A DNA stretch of 64,000 nt from Carpediemonas membranifera BICM (GCA_019828565.1 JAHDYR010000007.1:62001-126000), one strand, 5' to 3'. Counted from the first letter of the stretch, positions 25,101 to 37,916 are shown. Numbers and translations: made by a program. The notes: generated by a model from the letters alone, not told the origin.

Positions 25101-28100
25101 CCTGGTCTCTTCCCCAAGGATGAGATGGAGCAGATCTACAGCGACGTCCGCCCCATTCTCAAGGCCAACGTCCCCAGAGCTATTGACACGAACGACAACA
25201 TATGGAAGTACTTCATCGAGAGGGTCAGATGCAACCTGCACATCTGCCTCTGCTTCTCCCCAGTCGGCGACAAGTTCCGTACCCGCGCTAGGTTCTTCCC
25301 CGGTATCGTATCTTGCCCGACAGATTGGTTCCAGCCCTGGCCCCAGGAGGCCCTGGTAGAGGTGGCCCGCCGATTCCTCGACGAGTTCGAGATGGACGCG
25401 ACACCAGAGGTTAAGGATGCCCTTATCCTGCACATATCTGGTGTCCACTCAAAGATGAACGAAGTCAGCTCGGATTACTTCAATAGATACCGCCGCTACG
25501 CCTACGTCACCCCCAAGTCTTATCTGTCATTCCTCGACAGCTTCAAGTCGCTCTACACCAAGAAGAGAGGCGAGATCGGCGTCCTTGCCGATCGACTGAA
25601 CGTGGGTCTGAATAAGCTCATTGATGCTGGTGATGATGTCGCCAAGATGAAGGTTGAGCTCGTCCAGAAGGAGCGCGACCTCGAGGTGGCCCAGAAGCAG
25701 GCGGCCGAGATGCTTAAAGAGATCACCGCATCCACCGCCGTTGCCGAGAAGGTCAAGTCCGAAGTCCAAAAGGTGAAGGACGATATGCAGGTGGTCGCAG
25801 ACGAGATCGCCTCCGAGAAGGCCAAGGCCGAGAAGCATCTCGAGGCTGCCATCCCCGCTCTCGAGGCCGCCGAGCAGGCCCTGAATCAGATCAAGCCGGC
25901 CGATATCGCGACCCTTAAGAAGCTCGCCAAGCCCCCGAACCTTATCATGCGAATCATGGATGGCGTGCTCATTCTGAGGAACATGGAGGTCCTCAAGACC
26001 CAGCAGGACCCGGATAAGGCCCCCCAGCACCTACCTGTCCCATCGTGGAAGGGCGCACAGAAGATGATGAACGACACCGCTTTCCTCAACAGTCTGCTGA
26101 CCTTCCCCAAGGATGAGATCACCGATGAGACTGTCGAGCTGCTCCAACCCTACTTTGACATGGACGATTTCACGTTTGAGGCCGCCAAGAAGGTATCTGG
26201 CAACGTCGCCGGCCTTTGCTCATGGTGTATCGCCATGGGCACATACCACAACATCGCCAAGGAGGTCGAGCCCCTCCGTGAGAAGGTCCGTAACATGGAG
26301 GAGAAGTACTCGTTCGCCATGAAGGACCTCGCCAAGGCCCAGGCCGAGCTCGATGAGAAGCAAGCCCAGCTTGACGAGCTCACTGCGAAGTACGATGCCG
26401 CCATGGCTGAGAAGCAACGCCTGCAGGACGACGCTGACCTCACCAGACGCCGTATGACTGCTGCTAACGCCCTCATCAACGGTCTCAGCGGCGAGAAGGC
26501 CCGCTGGACCCAACAGAGCAAGGAGTTCGCTGAGACCATCCGCAAGCTCGTCGGCGACGTCGTCATCGCATCTGCCTTCATGTCGTACTGTGGCCCCTAC
26601 AACCAGGCCTTCCGGCACATGTTGATGACTGAGATGTGGACCCAAAGCCTCGTCAAGCTCAACATCCCGTTCACTGAGGGAATCGGCGAGTCTATCCACC
26701 GCTTCCTTGTATCAGAATCCAAGGTTGGTGAGTGGAACCTTCAGGGCCTCCCCACCGATGTCGTCTCGACTCAGAACGGCATCATGGTCACTTCGTCGAC
26801 CCGCTACCCCCTGCTGGTTGACCCACAGGGTCAGTCGAATGATTGGATCAAATGCAAGGAGAAGGATAACAACCTCAGGGTCACGACACTTGACGACAAG
26901 TTCTTCCGTAACTACCTCGAGGACGCCCTCAACTACGGCACGCCCATCCTCATCGAGGGTGTGGAGGAGACCCTCGACCCTCTGCTCGACCCCGTCCTCG
27001 AGAAGCAGTTTGTCAAGAGTGGCCGCGGCTTCAAGGTCCGTGTGGGGGATAAGGAGTGCGACGTGACTGACGGCTTCATGCTCTACATCACGACCAAGCT
27101 GCCCCGCCCCCACTACAGCCCCGAGATCAGCGCGAAGACCTCCGTGATTGACTTTACTGTCACCATGGTCGGTCTCACCGAGCAACTGCTGACCCGCGTC
27201 GTCAACAAGGAGAAGCAGGAGCTCGAGCTCCAGCGCCGCGCCCTTCTCGAGGATGTCAACGCCAACAAGAAGATGAAGGAGCAGCTTGAGTCCGACCTGC
27301 TCGAGCGACTCTCCTCCACCCAGGGAAACCTCCTCGATGATGAAACCCTCATCGACGTTCTCGCACAGACCAAGAAGACTGCCCAGGAGGTCGACGAGAA
27401 GCTCTCTGGCGCCGTTCTCATGGAGCGGAAGATCAACGAGGCCCGAGAGGAGTTCAGACCGGTCGCTGTCCGTGGCTCGATCCTCTACTTCCTGATCGCA
27501 GAGATGGCCATCGTCTCCCACATGTACCAGACGAGTTTGACACAGTTCCTCGAGCTGTTCGACACGGCTATCGACGCTGCCGAGCCTAACCAGATCACCG
27601 CCAAGCGCATCATGAACATCCTCAACCACTCCACCTTCACCATCTTCCTGTACATACAGCGCGGTCTGTTCGAGCGTGATAAGAACCTCTTCGTGCTCCA
27701 GCTCTGCCTCAAGATAGACTTGGACTCTGGTGCCATCGACATGGGCGAGTTCCAGGCCTTCTCTAAGGGTGGCGCCGCCCTTGATATCGCCACACTCCCC
27801 AACAAGCCCAACAAGTGGCTCCCCGACTCGGCATGGCTGCATCTGAACGCCGTCAAGGCCGTCCCAGTGCTTTCTCGCATTGTCGAGGTGATCAAGGAGA
27901 ACGACAACGCCTGGCGTGCCTGGTATGATTCAGAGACACCAGAGTCTGAGGTCGTCCCCGGTCTCGAGGACAAGCTCACCCCCTTCCACAAGCTGCTGCT
28001 CGTCCGCTGCATGCGTGAGGACCGCACGATGCTGGCTGCCACTGGCTACATCATCTCGTCACTGGGTCAGCGTTATGCTGAGGGTCAGCCCCTCAACATC

Positions 28101-29925
28101 GAGGCGACCTGGCAGGAGTCCTCCCCCAAGGTGCCCCTGCTCTGCATCCTGTCCCTCGGCTCTGACCCCACCTCGCAGATCGAGGCCGTCGCCAAGAAGC
28201 AGAAGATCCCCATCTCTGCCATCTCCATGGGTCAAGGCCAGGAGATCCACGCCCGCCGACTGTTCAAGCAGTGTGTCGAGCAGGGCGGCTGGCTGCTCCT
28301 TTCCAACTCTCACCTGGGCCTCAAGTTCATGCATGAGCTGGTCAGCCTGGTCAACGAGGTCGACGCCGCCACCGTCCACCCGACCTTCAGGGTCTGGGTT
28401 ACCACGGAGCCCCACAACAAGTTCCCCATCGGCCTCCTCCAGATGTCGATCAAGTTCTCCAACGAGCCCCCCTCTGGTGTCAAGGCCGGTCTCCGTCGCA
28501 CCTACCAGTGGGTCACCCAGGACGTCATTGAGGCCGTCGACAAGCCCGAATGGGGTCCCATGCTCTACACGCTCACTTTCCTCCACACCGTCCTGCAAGA
28601 ACGCCGCAAGTACAAGCCCATCGGTCTCTGCATCCCAGTAAGTTGCTTCCCTTTCCTTTACCCAGTACGAGTTCAACCAGTCCGACCTCGCATCCTCTGT
28701 CCAGTTCATCCAGACCTATATGTACCAGCAGGAGGCCGGCAAGGCCATCTCGTGGTCGACCATCCGGTACATGATCGCTGAGGTTCTATACGGCGGCCGT
28801 GTCACAGACAACTACGATCGCCGTCTCCTTGCTGCGTTTGGCCTTCATTGGTTCGACAACAAGATGTTCGACGACGACTTTGCCTTCTTCCCCGGCTACA
28901 CCATCCCCGGCATGAAGAACGTCGCCGAGGTCCGCAACTACGTCGAGACGCTGCCCCTACTTGACAATCCCGAGATCTTCGGCATGCACTCGAACGCCGA
29001 GCTCACCTATCGCATGGCTGAGACAAAGGAGATCATCGAAAAGATCATCATGATCCAGCCCAAGGACGTTGGTGGCGGCGGTGGCGAGACCCGCGAGGAG
29101 GCCGTCATGCGTATCGCCGGTGAGATCCTTTCCAAGCTGCCCGCCGACTACGACATCCACGTGACACGCGACCACATCAAGAGACAGGGCGGCTACACCA
29201 TCCCCCTCAACGTCTTCCTCGGCCAGGAGATCGACAAGCTTCAGGTCCTTCTCGGCACGATGCGTCAGACTCTTGTTGACCTCCGCCTCGCCATCCAGGG
29301 CACGATCATCATGTCAGCACCGCTTCAGGCATCGCTGGACGCCCTGTTCGACGCCCGCGTGCCGCCCCACTGGCTGAAGCTCTCCTGGCCTTCGGCGACT
29401 CTCGGTTTCTGGCTCGCTGACATGCTCAAACGATGCGAGCAGAACTCCACCTGGCTTGAGACCGGGCGCCCCAAGGCGTACTGGCTGGCCGGCTTCTACA
29501 ACCCCCAGGGCTTCCTGACAGCCGTGCGGCAGGAGATCACCCGTGCACACCAGGGCTGGGCCCTCGATTCCGTCGTCATCAACACGACCGTCCTCCGCAC
29601 TGAGGATCACACCGCAATCCACGCCGGCCCGCAGGAAGGCGTCTACATCTACGGCCTCAGTCTTGATGGCGCCGGCTGGTCGAAGAAGACAAGCTCCCTT
29701 GTCGATGCCCCTCCCAAGGTTCTGTCCGTTCCCCTGCCCATCTTGCATGTCTCGGCCCAGAACACGCCGCTCCAGGGCACTGGTCGCATGTACCGCTGCC
29801 CCGTTTATACTCTGCCTTCGAGGTGCGACATCAACTTCGTGTTCGATGTCTACCTGCCGACCAGCGACCCGCCCATCAAATGGATCCTGCGCGGTGCCGC
29901 CCTGCTGACAACAACGAATGAGTAA
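16165..29925 (+). CDS. Axonemal outer-arm dynein heavy chain, gamma type (DNAH5/8-like); introns 21782-21815, 21932-21960, 22103-22133, 22225-22312, 28638-28665
   Basis: P-loops [26 protein letters not shown] and GVGGSGKQS. Removing the five GT-AG introns restores [47 protein letters not shown] and [27 protein letters not shown] is gamma-type. Start at MSDRNP is inferred. Confidence 0.95.
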
Positions 29926-29935
29926 TGATTGTTAA

Positions 29936-29941
29936 TGTAAA
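29936..29941 (+). promoter_or_regulatory. Putative polyadenylation signal TGTAAA (representative instance)
   Basis: The same hexamer lies within about 60 nt of at least 8 stop codons and inside the LTRs of B and C. Confidence 0.6.
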
Positions 29942-30137
29942 GATTGTTAATAGTCTGTGTTGTGTTGCAGTTTAAAGTATTCAAGTTCTTAATCTCTCGA
30001 TGTTGAGACAGCGGTGTGGGGCAACCATCGAGGTGTCTCGGCCGTCTCCCAAGCCCACGTCCCGGATGGTGGTCAATCCACACGGGAGGGCATTCTCCCC
30101 GGCCAGCCCTACGATCTAGTCCGGTGCGTCAAGTGCC

Positions 30138-31005
30138 TCAAGGACCACGGGGCTGGGGCCTGCCCGGCTCTCGCTGACGTGTGCCTGGGCACCTCGCTTG
30201 GTCGGGCAGTGAGGGCTCGGGACCGCGCCAGGAGACACTCACCATGGACCGGGTTTCATCCAGAAACTCTGCCCTGTGGTGTGGGGCTCTGCGGCGTCGC
30301 CGGGGCCTACTGCGGTCTGGCAAGCGCCATCGGCAGCAGGTACACCACCTGCCGCGGCAATGCACTCTCTCGGAGGGTAGAGACGGAGTGTCAACGGCCG
30401 CCTCAACTGTTTTTCAACCTTTAGCGGCCATGCGAAGTGATGAGGCCCACGCGTGCGCTTGGCCCGCGACAAGCAGTGTATGCAGGGAGTCGACCTCGAC
30501 CAGCGATGTCTGGAGGCGAAGCATCTCTGCGTTCTTGCCGACAGTCGTTCCCTTGCGGTCCTTGCCGCGGAGTGTCTTCTTTCTTGGTGATTTCCTGGGC
30601 GACTGCTTGGGGGATGGTGGGAGGTCCTCCTCCTCGACTGCCTCCTCCTGGATCGACTTGAGGGTCATCCCACGCTTTAGATCAGCCATACTGGGCGGCT
30701 GCTGGCCTCTCTTGAGCGTTCCAACAATCATGACCGCTGCTTTGGTTTGTGCAAGAACAGAATCCCAATCGTCGTCGTCAATTGTGGCCATCCGCTCACT
30801 GGGCACAAAATTGCTCGGTATTTCCGCGTGACCACTTTGTGAAGCAGAATTTGTCGGGTGTTCAGTTCACTGGACGGATATCATCTTTAGTGGCATTCTC
30901 GAAGTCCAGGTCAATCGCCGTTTGGCGGCTCCCTGAGCTCTGTTTGTTGTTGCTAAAAGTGCTCGCCAAATCGGGCTGGCTGAATAGTGACAAACAGTCC
31001 GCCAT
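30138..31005 (-). pseudogene. Disrupted hypothetical gene (frameshift near 30860, stop at 30414)
   Basis: Consecutive coding-like pieces (MADCLSLF..., ...MATIDDDDWDSVLAQTKAAV...SPRKSPRKK...) in shifted or stop-interrupted frames, with no consensus intron found. Confidence 0.35.
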
Positions 31006-31245
31006 GGCGCCGCATCGTCCCGGAACATTGGCTGTGGCATGGCCCTTTGCTGCGCGGCTCAGCTGTGTGTCGCCGATTTGTGTTGTTCTTCGCAAGGGGA
31101 TACTCTCAGAATGAGAGCATGGCGCTGGATCATTCGCCGCTGTGGCCTCGCCTTGCGGCTTCTGGGGGCGACGCTTCGCTGAGTCGACGAGTCAGAATTT
31201 TGGGAATTTGGGCAATCTCTGACAGCGAACTGAGCGCTACAACCA

Positions 31246-31980
31246 ATGAGCAGCGCTAGTTCCACATCAGCGGATGCAAAAGATGCGCTTATCTCCGCGT
31301 ATCGCGCCTCGCTCGTTGTAACGGCCTCCATCCCCGTAAGGTAAGTCTGTCTGGTCGGTTGCGTCGACACCATCAAGGCAGAGGGAAGTTGCGATGCATT
31401 CAGCGACATCATCGACTCCTGGGGTTGCTGCATCACTGACTTCGTGGGCAAGGTTGATGACCTTGTGAACGATAAGGCAAGCACCTATCTCGACTACCTC
31501 TACACCTTGTGCGAGGTCGACCCCCCAGCCTCCTGCATCGTTGATCACGACAAGGCTGCCACCACCACCACGGAGCTTGTTATCTCCGGCATTACTGATC
31601 TGGCCACGGACACCGTCGTCGCCCTCTGCAAGGATTGGGCGGTGTCCACAGGCTCTCCGTGGGCTAGCATCGCCGTGGAGGTTATCAGCGCCGTTGTCGT
31701 TGACGCGGACGGCGCCACCCCCACCATCGACTCTTCCTCTGCGAACGGTGTCAGCGTTGCCGTTACCAACTATGGCGATGCCTCTGGCACGGCTGGCCTG
31801 AACGACATCAACTCTGAGATCGATTCGACTGACTGGACTGACGTTGACCTCTCTTACACCGCTTCTGCCAGCTCTTCGTCCATCTCTGTAGTCTCGGTCA
31901 CCACAGGGTCGGTGGACTCTGCTACCGCCATCCATGTCGCCGCCTTCCTCCTGCTTGTGGCCCTGGTTGCGCTGTTCTAA
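31246..31980 (+). CDS. Ser/Thr/Asp-rich surface-protein-like ORF with C-terminal hydrophobic (GPI-signal-like) tail; 5' end interrupted
   Basis: Open from about 31345 to 31980, ending SATAIHVAAFLLLVALVALF*. ATG 31246 is in frame but a TAA intervenes near 31342, so this is an unresolved intron or a pseudogene. Confidence 0.55.
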
Positions 31981-32367
31981 ACTGTATTGTGCATATGCTT
32001 CTCATTTCCATCACGTGTGCCTTGGCAGGCGTCTGTCGTGTTAAAGTCATCAGCACGATGGTGGGGCAGAAGGCGCGTGTTGCTATGCCCAAGCCTTGCC
32101 GACGACAAAAAGATAGGATGTCGGTTTTGTGTTGTGTGGTTGTCTGGTCGTTGCGCAGTTTAAAGCAGACCAGCTTTGAATCTCGGCGTTGAGATGGTGG
32201 GGTGGGACAGCCTGCTCTGAGAATAGGCCTAGTAAGCATTGGAAGCACGTTTATAGGGTTGGTTTGGGCCATCGACGCGGCATTATCCCTGATTCGGTCC
32301 TGATTCTGCGATGTCCGGAGAAATCCCTACAGAGGAAGAAGGCCGTTGAGCACCAATTCTTCTGGAG

Positions 32368-33215
32368 ATGGTTGGAAAGCGCCATGAGCACGTTTGTAAG
32401 TGCAAATTGGACGATGGCAGCGAGTGCGGCGAGCGATTCAGCAAGAATGGCGAGCTTGACGTCCACATCGAAGACGTTCACCGCCGAATCCCATGCAAGG
32501 CGAATAGGTGCGGCCATGGCTTCGATACCGAGGATCGTATGATCGCTCACATGCGCCAGCAGCACAAGACCTGCGTCTGCGAAGAATGCGAGTTCGTTCG
32601 TCACAATGCTATCACAGCACTACACTGGGACAAACAAGGGCGATGTGGAGAGGCATTACATCGCCGCCCACAACGATAAGTGCAATAAGGTGACGCGCCC
32701 GAAGAAATGGTGCCCTGACTGCAAGAAGGTCTTCGCCAAACTCGACCGCCACCGCCCACCCCGAGCGCCTTGAGGAGAACGAGGCGCTCAAGAAGCGCTT
32801 TTGGTGTGAAGAGTGCGAGAAAGCATGCGCAAATCTCGGGGAACACAGAATACAGCAGCATGGCCCGAAGACCAACTGCCCAGTCGACGGCTGCGAGTTC
32901 CAAACGGCCGACATGAGCTTTTTGAAAAGGCATCTCAAAAAGAGGCACAAGCTGAGCGCCGACGCGGCTGAAGACCTGATGTACCCGCTCCGCCAAGCCC
33001 AGGCGGCCAAGACCGGGAAGACCACCGAGCGCCAGTACCGCCGCTACAGCGAGCCGGCACTCAAGAGCGACCTCGAAGTTCTCTGCGCCGCCGCCGAAGA
33101 GTTTGTGAGTCCGCCGGTCGCCGCTGGAGCCCGTGATGCCGCCTGGCAGCACGAGGCCGACGCCAAGAAGCCGTATGTCAAGAAGAAGCCCTTGCCGCGC
33201 AGACGCAGAGGGTGA
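32368..33215 (+). pseudogene. Multi-C2H2 zinc-finger gene with a frameshift
   Basis: Fingers CGERFSKNGELDVHIEDVH, CGHGFDTEDRMIAHMRQQH, CEEC...VERHYIAAH (needs a ~22-nt intron near 32597), CPDCKKVFAKLDRH (frameshift near 32752), CEECEKACANLGEHRIQQH, CPVDGCEF...LKRHLKKRH. Confidence 0.65.
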
Positions 33216-33427
33216 GTGTAAAGGACGGTGTTGTGATTTCGTAATCAGTTGATTTGTATTTAGTGTGTGTGTTTAATCTAAATCCAAATGAAGTACCATC
33301 ATTCGCGTGTTTCACACCAAAGACGGATTAAGATTTAGCTGATAGCCTGACTGGAACAAGCCAGAGACGTCAAGCCAAGCCATCCTCAGCCTCACTTGTT
33401 GTTGCCCTGTGGGTTGTGGCGGTATTC

Positions 33428-33807
33428 TCACTCATTCATGCGCCTGGATGTCATCCTACTCGTCCCAGAGCAGTGTGGGCATCTGATGGCGATGGTGGGG
33501 GTCAGCGCAGTTGTCTTCCCGGGGACGAGGGGAAAGCAGCAATGCTCGCAGAAGGACCGGCGGAGCTCAGGGTGTCTGGATGAGAATAGAAGCAAATGAC
33601 AAACATGCGAATGACGTTCTTCTGAGCAATGCTCCTCATCATCCGAATATAGCTGATGGCAAGCTCGGGATTGACGTTCGCGACAGCCACGGATGCTTGA
33701 AACAAATAGGATACTCGAAGGAGTGTTTGCCTGTGTATAGACAGCTTATCTCTCTTGGAAAGCTCTCTTTTGGGCCTCTTTGCCATCGTCTGGCCTGCAG
33801 CCGCCAT
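33428..33807 (-). CDS. RPP21: RNase P subunit Rpp21/Rpr2 (intron 33576-33604)
   Basis: RVSYLFQAS...YIRMMRSIAQKNVIR spliced through a 29-nt GTTTGT...CTCATCCAG intron to IHPELRRSFCEHCCFPLVPG...IRCPHC. Confidence 0.88.
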
Positions 33808-33964
33808 AAAATGCGGACCTCATTACTTGAGCAACTCAGAGTAATTCGAGGCCGATATGAAGCATTACGAGTACTGGGGTAACGTGGAAATGGTGGGGCT
33901 GTGGGTTATTGCCGGCCGAAATCTGCAAGAAAAAATCTTCACCAACACTAAAGTCGCCAAAAGA

Positions 33965-34729
33965 ATGGTTGGAAGCAATGTTCGCTACCTTGCGGTAGGT
34001 AGACGTGAAGATAGAATGGTTATCGCTTCCTATCTTGCTTTTCAGCACGACTTGAAGTCCATGTACGAAGGTGTCATCGAAAAGGTCGTGCGCTCCGCCC
34101 GCCTTCCCGAGAGGCCGAAACTGACCATCACCAACCGTGATGTAGGCACTATTCACTATGATTCCGACGAAACTAGCATCTACATGATTGTTACGGCCTC
34201 TGACTATCCCCAGAGGATGGCGTTCAAGCTGCTGGCGGAGATGAAGGACCAGTTCTCGGTCCGCTTCGGCTCTGCGGTCCCTACCGCGTCCGCTAACTCC
34301 CTCTCTAGCCGCTGCAAGAGCGTTCTGTCAAACCTGGTTTCGACTTACGATGTTCTCGAAAACGTCGACAAGATCACCCGCCTGCAGAAGGAGACGGACG
34401 CCATCAAGGACAAGATGCACGACAACATCAACAGCATGCTGAAACGTGGCGATAACATCAACGAGCTGGAGGAGCAGGCGTCTGGCCTCGCCGTTGACGC
34501 CCGCGTATTCCACAAGGAAGCCGAGAAGATCAAGCGCGCCATGTTCATCCGTAACGTCAAGCTGCTCATCATCCTGGCGCTCATCATCATCGGTGTTCTC
34601 TTGTTCGTGGCGATCGCGTTCGGTGCTCCGTTGGTCTACGTCGTCATCAAGGTAGCGATCGTTCCCCTCTATGAGAAGATCAGGGACGAGTTAAGCAAGG
34701 ACTCGGGGGCAGCATTCCTGTTGAGGTAA
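33965..34729 (+). CDS. Longin-domain R-SNARE (VAMP7-like)
   Basis: Longin (YMIVTASDYPQRMAFKLL), SNARE motif with zero-layer R (NINSMLKRGDNINELEEQASGL), C-terminal TM. Start at MVGSNVRY inferred. Confidence 0.9.
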   Translation: MVGSNVRYLAVGRREDRMVIASYLAFQHDLKSMYEGVIEKVVRSARLPERPKLTITNRDVGTIHYDSDETSIYMIVTASDYPQRMAFKLLAEMKDQFSVRFGSAVPTASANSLSSRCKSVLSNLVSTYDVLENVDKITRLQKETDAIKDKMHDNINSMLKRGDNINELEEQASGLAVDARVFHKEAEKIKRAMFIRNVKLLIILALIIIGVLLFVAIAFGAPLVYVVIKVAIVPLYEKIRDELSKDSGAAFLLR

Positions 34730-34902
34730 GCGTGGTTAGTGGATAGTTTGTAAATTCTGTATGAATGTCGACCAGGGAACAGCGAGCGATATGTGTCTTT
34801 ATCCAGGGGCATATGATTGTACCTGTCCATTTCCAAGCACTTGCTTCAATCGCATTTATGGTATACATGAGCGATATGTTTTGCTTTTCTCAGCAGCAAA
34901 CA

Positions 34903-35706
34903 ATGGACGTTTCTAAGATCCTGGAGGCGAACAAGAAGAAGCTTGCTCTTCCTTCGCCGTTTCCAGACAAGGAAGATACGCTTTCATATGATCTGGCCAT
35001 CAAAGCTGCCTCGGATAACATGCCCGTCAGCATTGGCACTAATTTCGTCGATTCGATGAAGACTATCAAGGTTCTTACCCGTGACAACCTTCAGCTGCTC
35101 ACTAACCACATATTCGACCTTCCAAAGGACGGCAGCGTGTTCATTCTGCCCCCCAGGAGCGAAGTTCTTCCCAGAGCTCTCGCCCCGCCCAAGCCGAAGA
35201 AGCCAACGAAGTGGGAGAAGTTCGCACAGGAGAAGGGTATTAAGAAGCGCACGCGCATGGAGCGTAATGTTCTTGACAAGTCCACTGGCCAATTCACTCC
35301 TCGTTTCGGCATGAAGGCCAAGCGAGTTGAGGACGATTGGCTGATGGTAGACAAGATGAACGCCAAGTACGAAGAGGGCGAGGATCCCTTCCTCGTTGCC
35401 AAGCAGGGCCGCAAGGAGCGCGTCGCTGAGAACGCCAAAAAGGCGAAGCAGAACACCTTCAGAGCCGAGCGTGGCACCCCTGCCGCTTCCAAGCGGAAGA
35501 CCGACATCATGCACTCTCTTTCTGCTGCCAAGCTCGGTACCGCCAGCCAGGGTCTGTTTGATGCTAAGATTGCTAATGAGCCTGCTCAGAAGTCACACAA
35601 GCGCCGCCACTTCCAGGAGAACTTCTCCAAGGGCGGCCAGAGCGCTGAGAGAGACGCCCAGGCGAAGATCTTGGGCAAGGTTCTCAAGCGGACAGCGAAG
35701 AAGTAG
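34903..35706 (+). CDS. RRS1: Ribosome biogenesis regulator Rrs1
   Basis: TRDNLQLLTNHIFDLP, LPRALAPPKPKKPTKWEKFAQEKGIKK, TASQGLFD. Confidence 0.9.
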   Translation: MDVSKILEANKKKLALPSPFPDKEDTLSYDLAIKAASDNMPVSIGTNFVDSMKTIKVLTRDNLQLLTNHIFDLPKDGSVFILPPRSEVLPRALAPPKPKKPTKWEKFAQEKGIKKRTRMERNVLDKSTGQFTPRFGMKAKRVEDDWLMVDKMNAKYEEGEDPFLVAKQGRKERVAENAKKAKQNTFRAERGTPAASKRKTDIMHSLSAAKLGTASQGLFDAKIANEPAQKSHKRRHFQENFSKGGQSAERDAQAKILGKVLKRTAKK

Positions 35707-36143
35707 AGTAGTGGTAAAGTTCTTGCGGTTTGACTCTTTGGCAGAGGGATAGCGATCAGTGGCCTCTATGGCGACATACTATTAGGTCGCGTGTGGTGGT
35801 AGCATGACTTCGCTGTGTTCAGCGCGGTCTGCGTGCCACAGAGGCCGTTTCTGTCCATTCTGAAAAAAGAAAAACTCAGTTCAATTGGCATCGCGGCATT
35901 AGTTGGCCATCCTGGTATTGCTGGAATATTGACCTCGAGTCCCCATAAGCTGACTGTAGATTATTAGATCTGTGTCGATCTTCCACAAAAACAATTTATC
36001 AAAAGAGGGTCGAGCATAGCCGTCCATGGTGCAGACGATGTCACCCAAGCATTGTCTGGTCAAGATTGGTCTTCAAAGAAATTTGCTTCGTATTTTCCAC
36101 AAGGCAGCGGCTCGCCACACATTTGGGCCAGAACGAAAGCGCT

Positions 36144-36833
36144 ATGACTGATTTTGGACAGTTGTACGAGCATCTACCGTCTCAATGTCGTCGACTTGAG
36201 ACGATTGATGCTGCGAAGATCATTCAGCGGGCTTGGCGTGCAAGATCCGTTCGTACGCGCAGCAGCTCGACGCTGACCAGCTCCTCTGGTGTTATTGACG
36301 ATGATATTGACTCTATTGATGCCATTGAGTCCCTTAACGAGCTTTACGCTCATCCAATGTTCCAGGAGATCCTAACTCAATACAGAGCGGGACGTCTCAC
36401 ACCATCGTGTAGGTGCCAGCGGCACTTCCATGCCATGACTGATGAGAACCTTGCTCAAGCACTATCCTATGCCTTTTGGGACACTATTCAGGCCAATTCC
36501 CTCTTGATGTGCAGTCTCAACAAGCAGTCTTCCCTCGATGGCCAGCATCAGGACCTTTTGCAGGAGGCTGCCATAGCTGTGCGTCACCTGCCCTGCATTA
36601 GAGCACAGGTCAAGCCAACCAAGGGCCGCTGCCAGGTAGCTATCCGTGGGTCGACAAAGCTCCAGTGCAAGAAGCCTTGCCCGCAGCAGAGGCCTGTCGA
36701 ATGCCCCCCGCGCACACCACCCAGGATCCACCAGGTTCTATCCCCCGTCACAGAGCAGTCGCCCGTCGTCCGTGCGTGCGACATGACCCCTGCCGTCTGC
36801 TGCGAGCTGACGTCCAGAGCATTCCGGGTCTAA
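36144..36833 (+). CDS. IQ-motif-containing hypothetical protein
   Basis: AAKIIQRAWRARSVR IQ motif followed by a helical/coiled segment. Confidence 0.6.
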   Translation: MTDFGQLYEHLPSQCRRLETIDAAKIIQRAWRARSVRTRSSSTLTSSSGVIDDDIDSIDAIESLNELYAHPMFQEILTQYRAGRLTPSCRCQRHFHAMTDENLAQALSYAFWDTIQANSLLMCSLNKQSSLDGQHQDLLQEAAIAVRHLPCIRAQVKPTKGRCQVAIRGSTKLQCKKPCPQQRPVECPPRTPPRIHQVLSPVTEQSPVVRACDMTPAVCCELTSRAFRV

Positions 36834-37102
36834 TCAAGTTCATCACATACCCAGCATCTTATTCTTCTCTTATCCATAAATTCTGCCGAACAGACATGGA
36901 TTGGGCCAGTTAGAGATCAGAAGAATGGTTGGTCAAGTGACAGCGCAATCGAATCAGATGGAGATGGAACGAATGAAATCAACGGGGGATGTGGGATAGG
37001 AGCGATTGCTTTGGCTGGATTACATATACTGATAACTCTCAACTCCACCTCATGTACAGATGTAAACGCGTAAATGGCGGGTTTTGCGAGTTGTCCGGAA
37101 GA

Positions 37103-37872
37103 ATGGCAACGCTCGAATCAATCTTTCACCAGTTCGCACAGGACTATTCCATCGCTTCCTACCTAGAAGAGTCGCAAGAACGCGAGAGACGTCGTCTTCA
37201 GATGGCGCTCTCCCGTGTTGAGGCCGATTTGGATGACGCATGCAATCGTTTGCCCTCCACGCAGCATTTACACAGAATTCACCGATTTTGCGGATCTATA
37301 TGCGTCATGCAAGGGCTCCTTACATCAGTTTCACAACGACAGCCGCAATTCCGCCGCGATTATCACCGAGCTTCAGGTGCTTGCTCGAGACTTCTTTGCA
37401 GACCGAGAGGTTTGGACCCACGCCCACCCTGACACAGCAATCACTCATAACATCCAACACGATTAGCGGTCAGATCGAGCAGGCGAAGGCTGACATCGCA
37501 TCCTCTCAGTTCGACGAAGCAGTACTCAAGGCGGAGCTCGATGTCCTATATGATGAGATCACGCACGAGCGAAAGCACCAAACCCGTCTGTCCGAACAGC
37601 ATGAGGCCAAGGAGGCGAGTGTCCAGCATTACATGGGCCATGTCCAGGCGGCTTGCTCGAGGACGGCGGGAGGCAAGTCCTTCATGGCAGCACAGGCAGC
37701 AATCAAGGCGGAGATGGAGGAGCAGGCATCGTTGAAGCAGCGTATAGCTAGCTATGACCGGGAAATAGCTCAGCTTCAGGGCCGTCTGACATGCGGGAGC
37801 GACGAGCAGCTTACCGGCCTCAAGAAGACGTTGCTGGATCTCAAGACCAAATACAACAAGCTCACAGCCTGA
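37103..37872 (+). CDS. Coiled-coil protein (introns 37248-37275 and 37410-37437)
   Basis: Three overlapping ORFs join into one frame via two 28-nt introns (GTTTGC...TTTACACAG; GTTTGG...CTGACACAG). Confidence 0.7.
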
Positions 37873-37916
37873 CGTGCTTTACATACAGCATCGCATAAAT
37901 GCATAAATCATTACCA

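Noticed and set aside
31340-31346. In-frame TAA as evidence of TAA/TAG-to-Gln recoding (as in hexamitid diplomonads)
   Set aside because: TAA and TAG terminate conserved genes at their expected ends (GDH, dynein, radical SAM, Rrs1) and do not interrupt the long ORFs.
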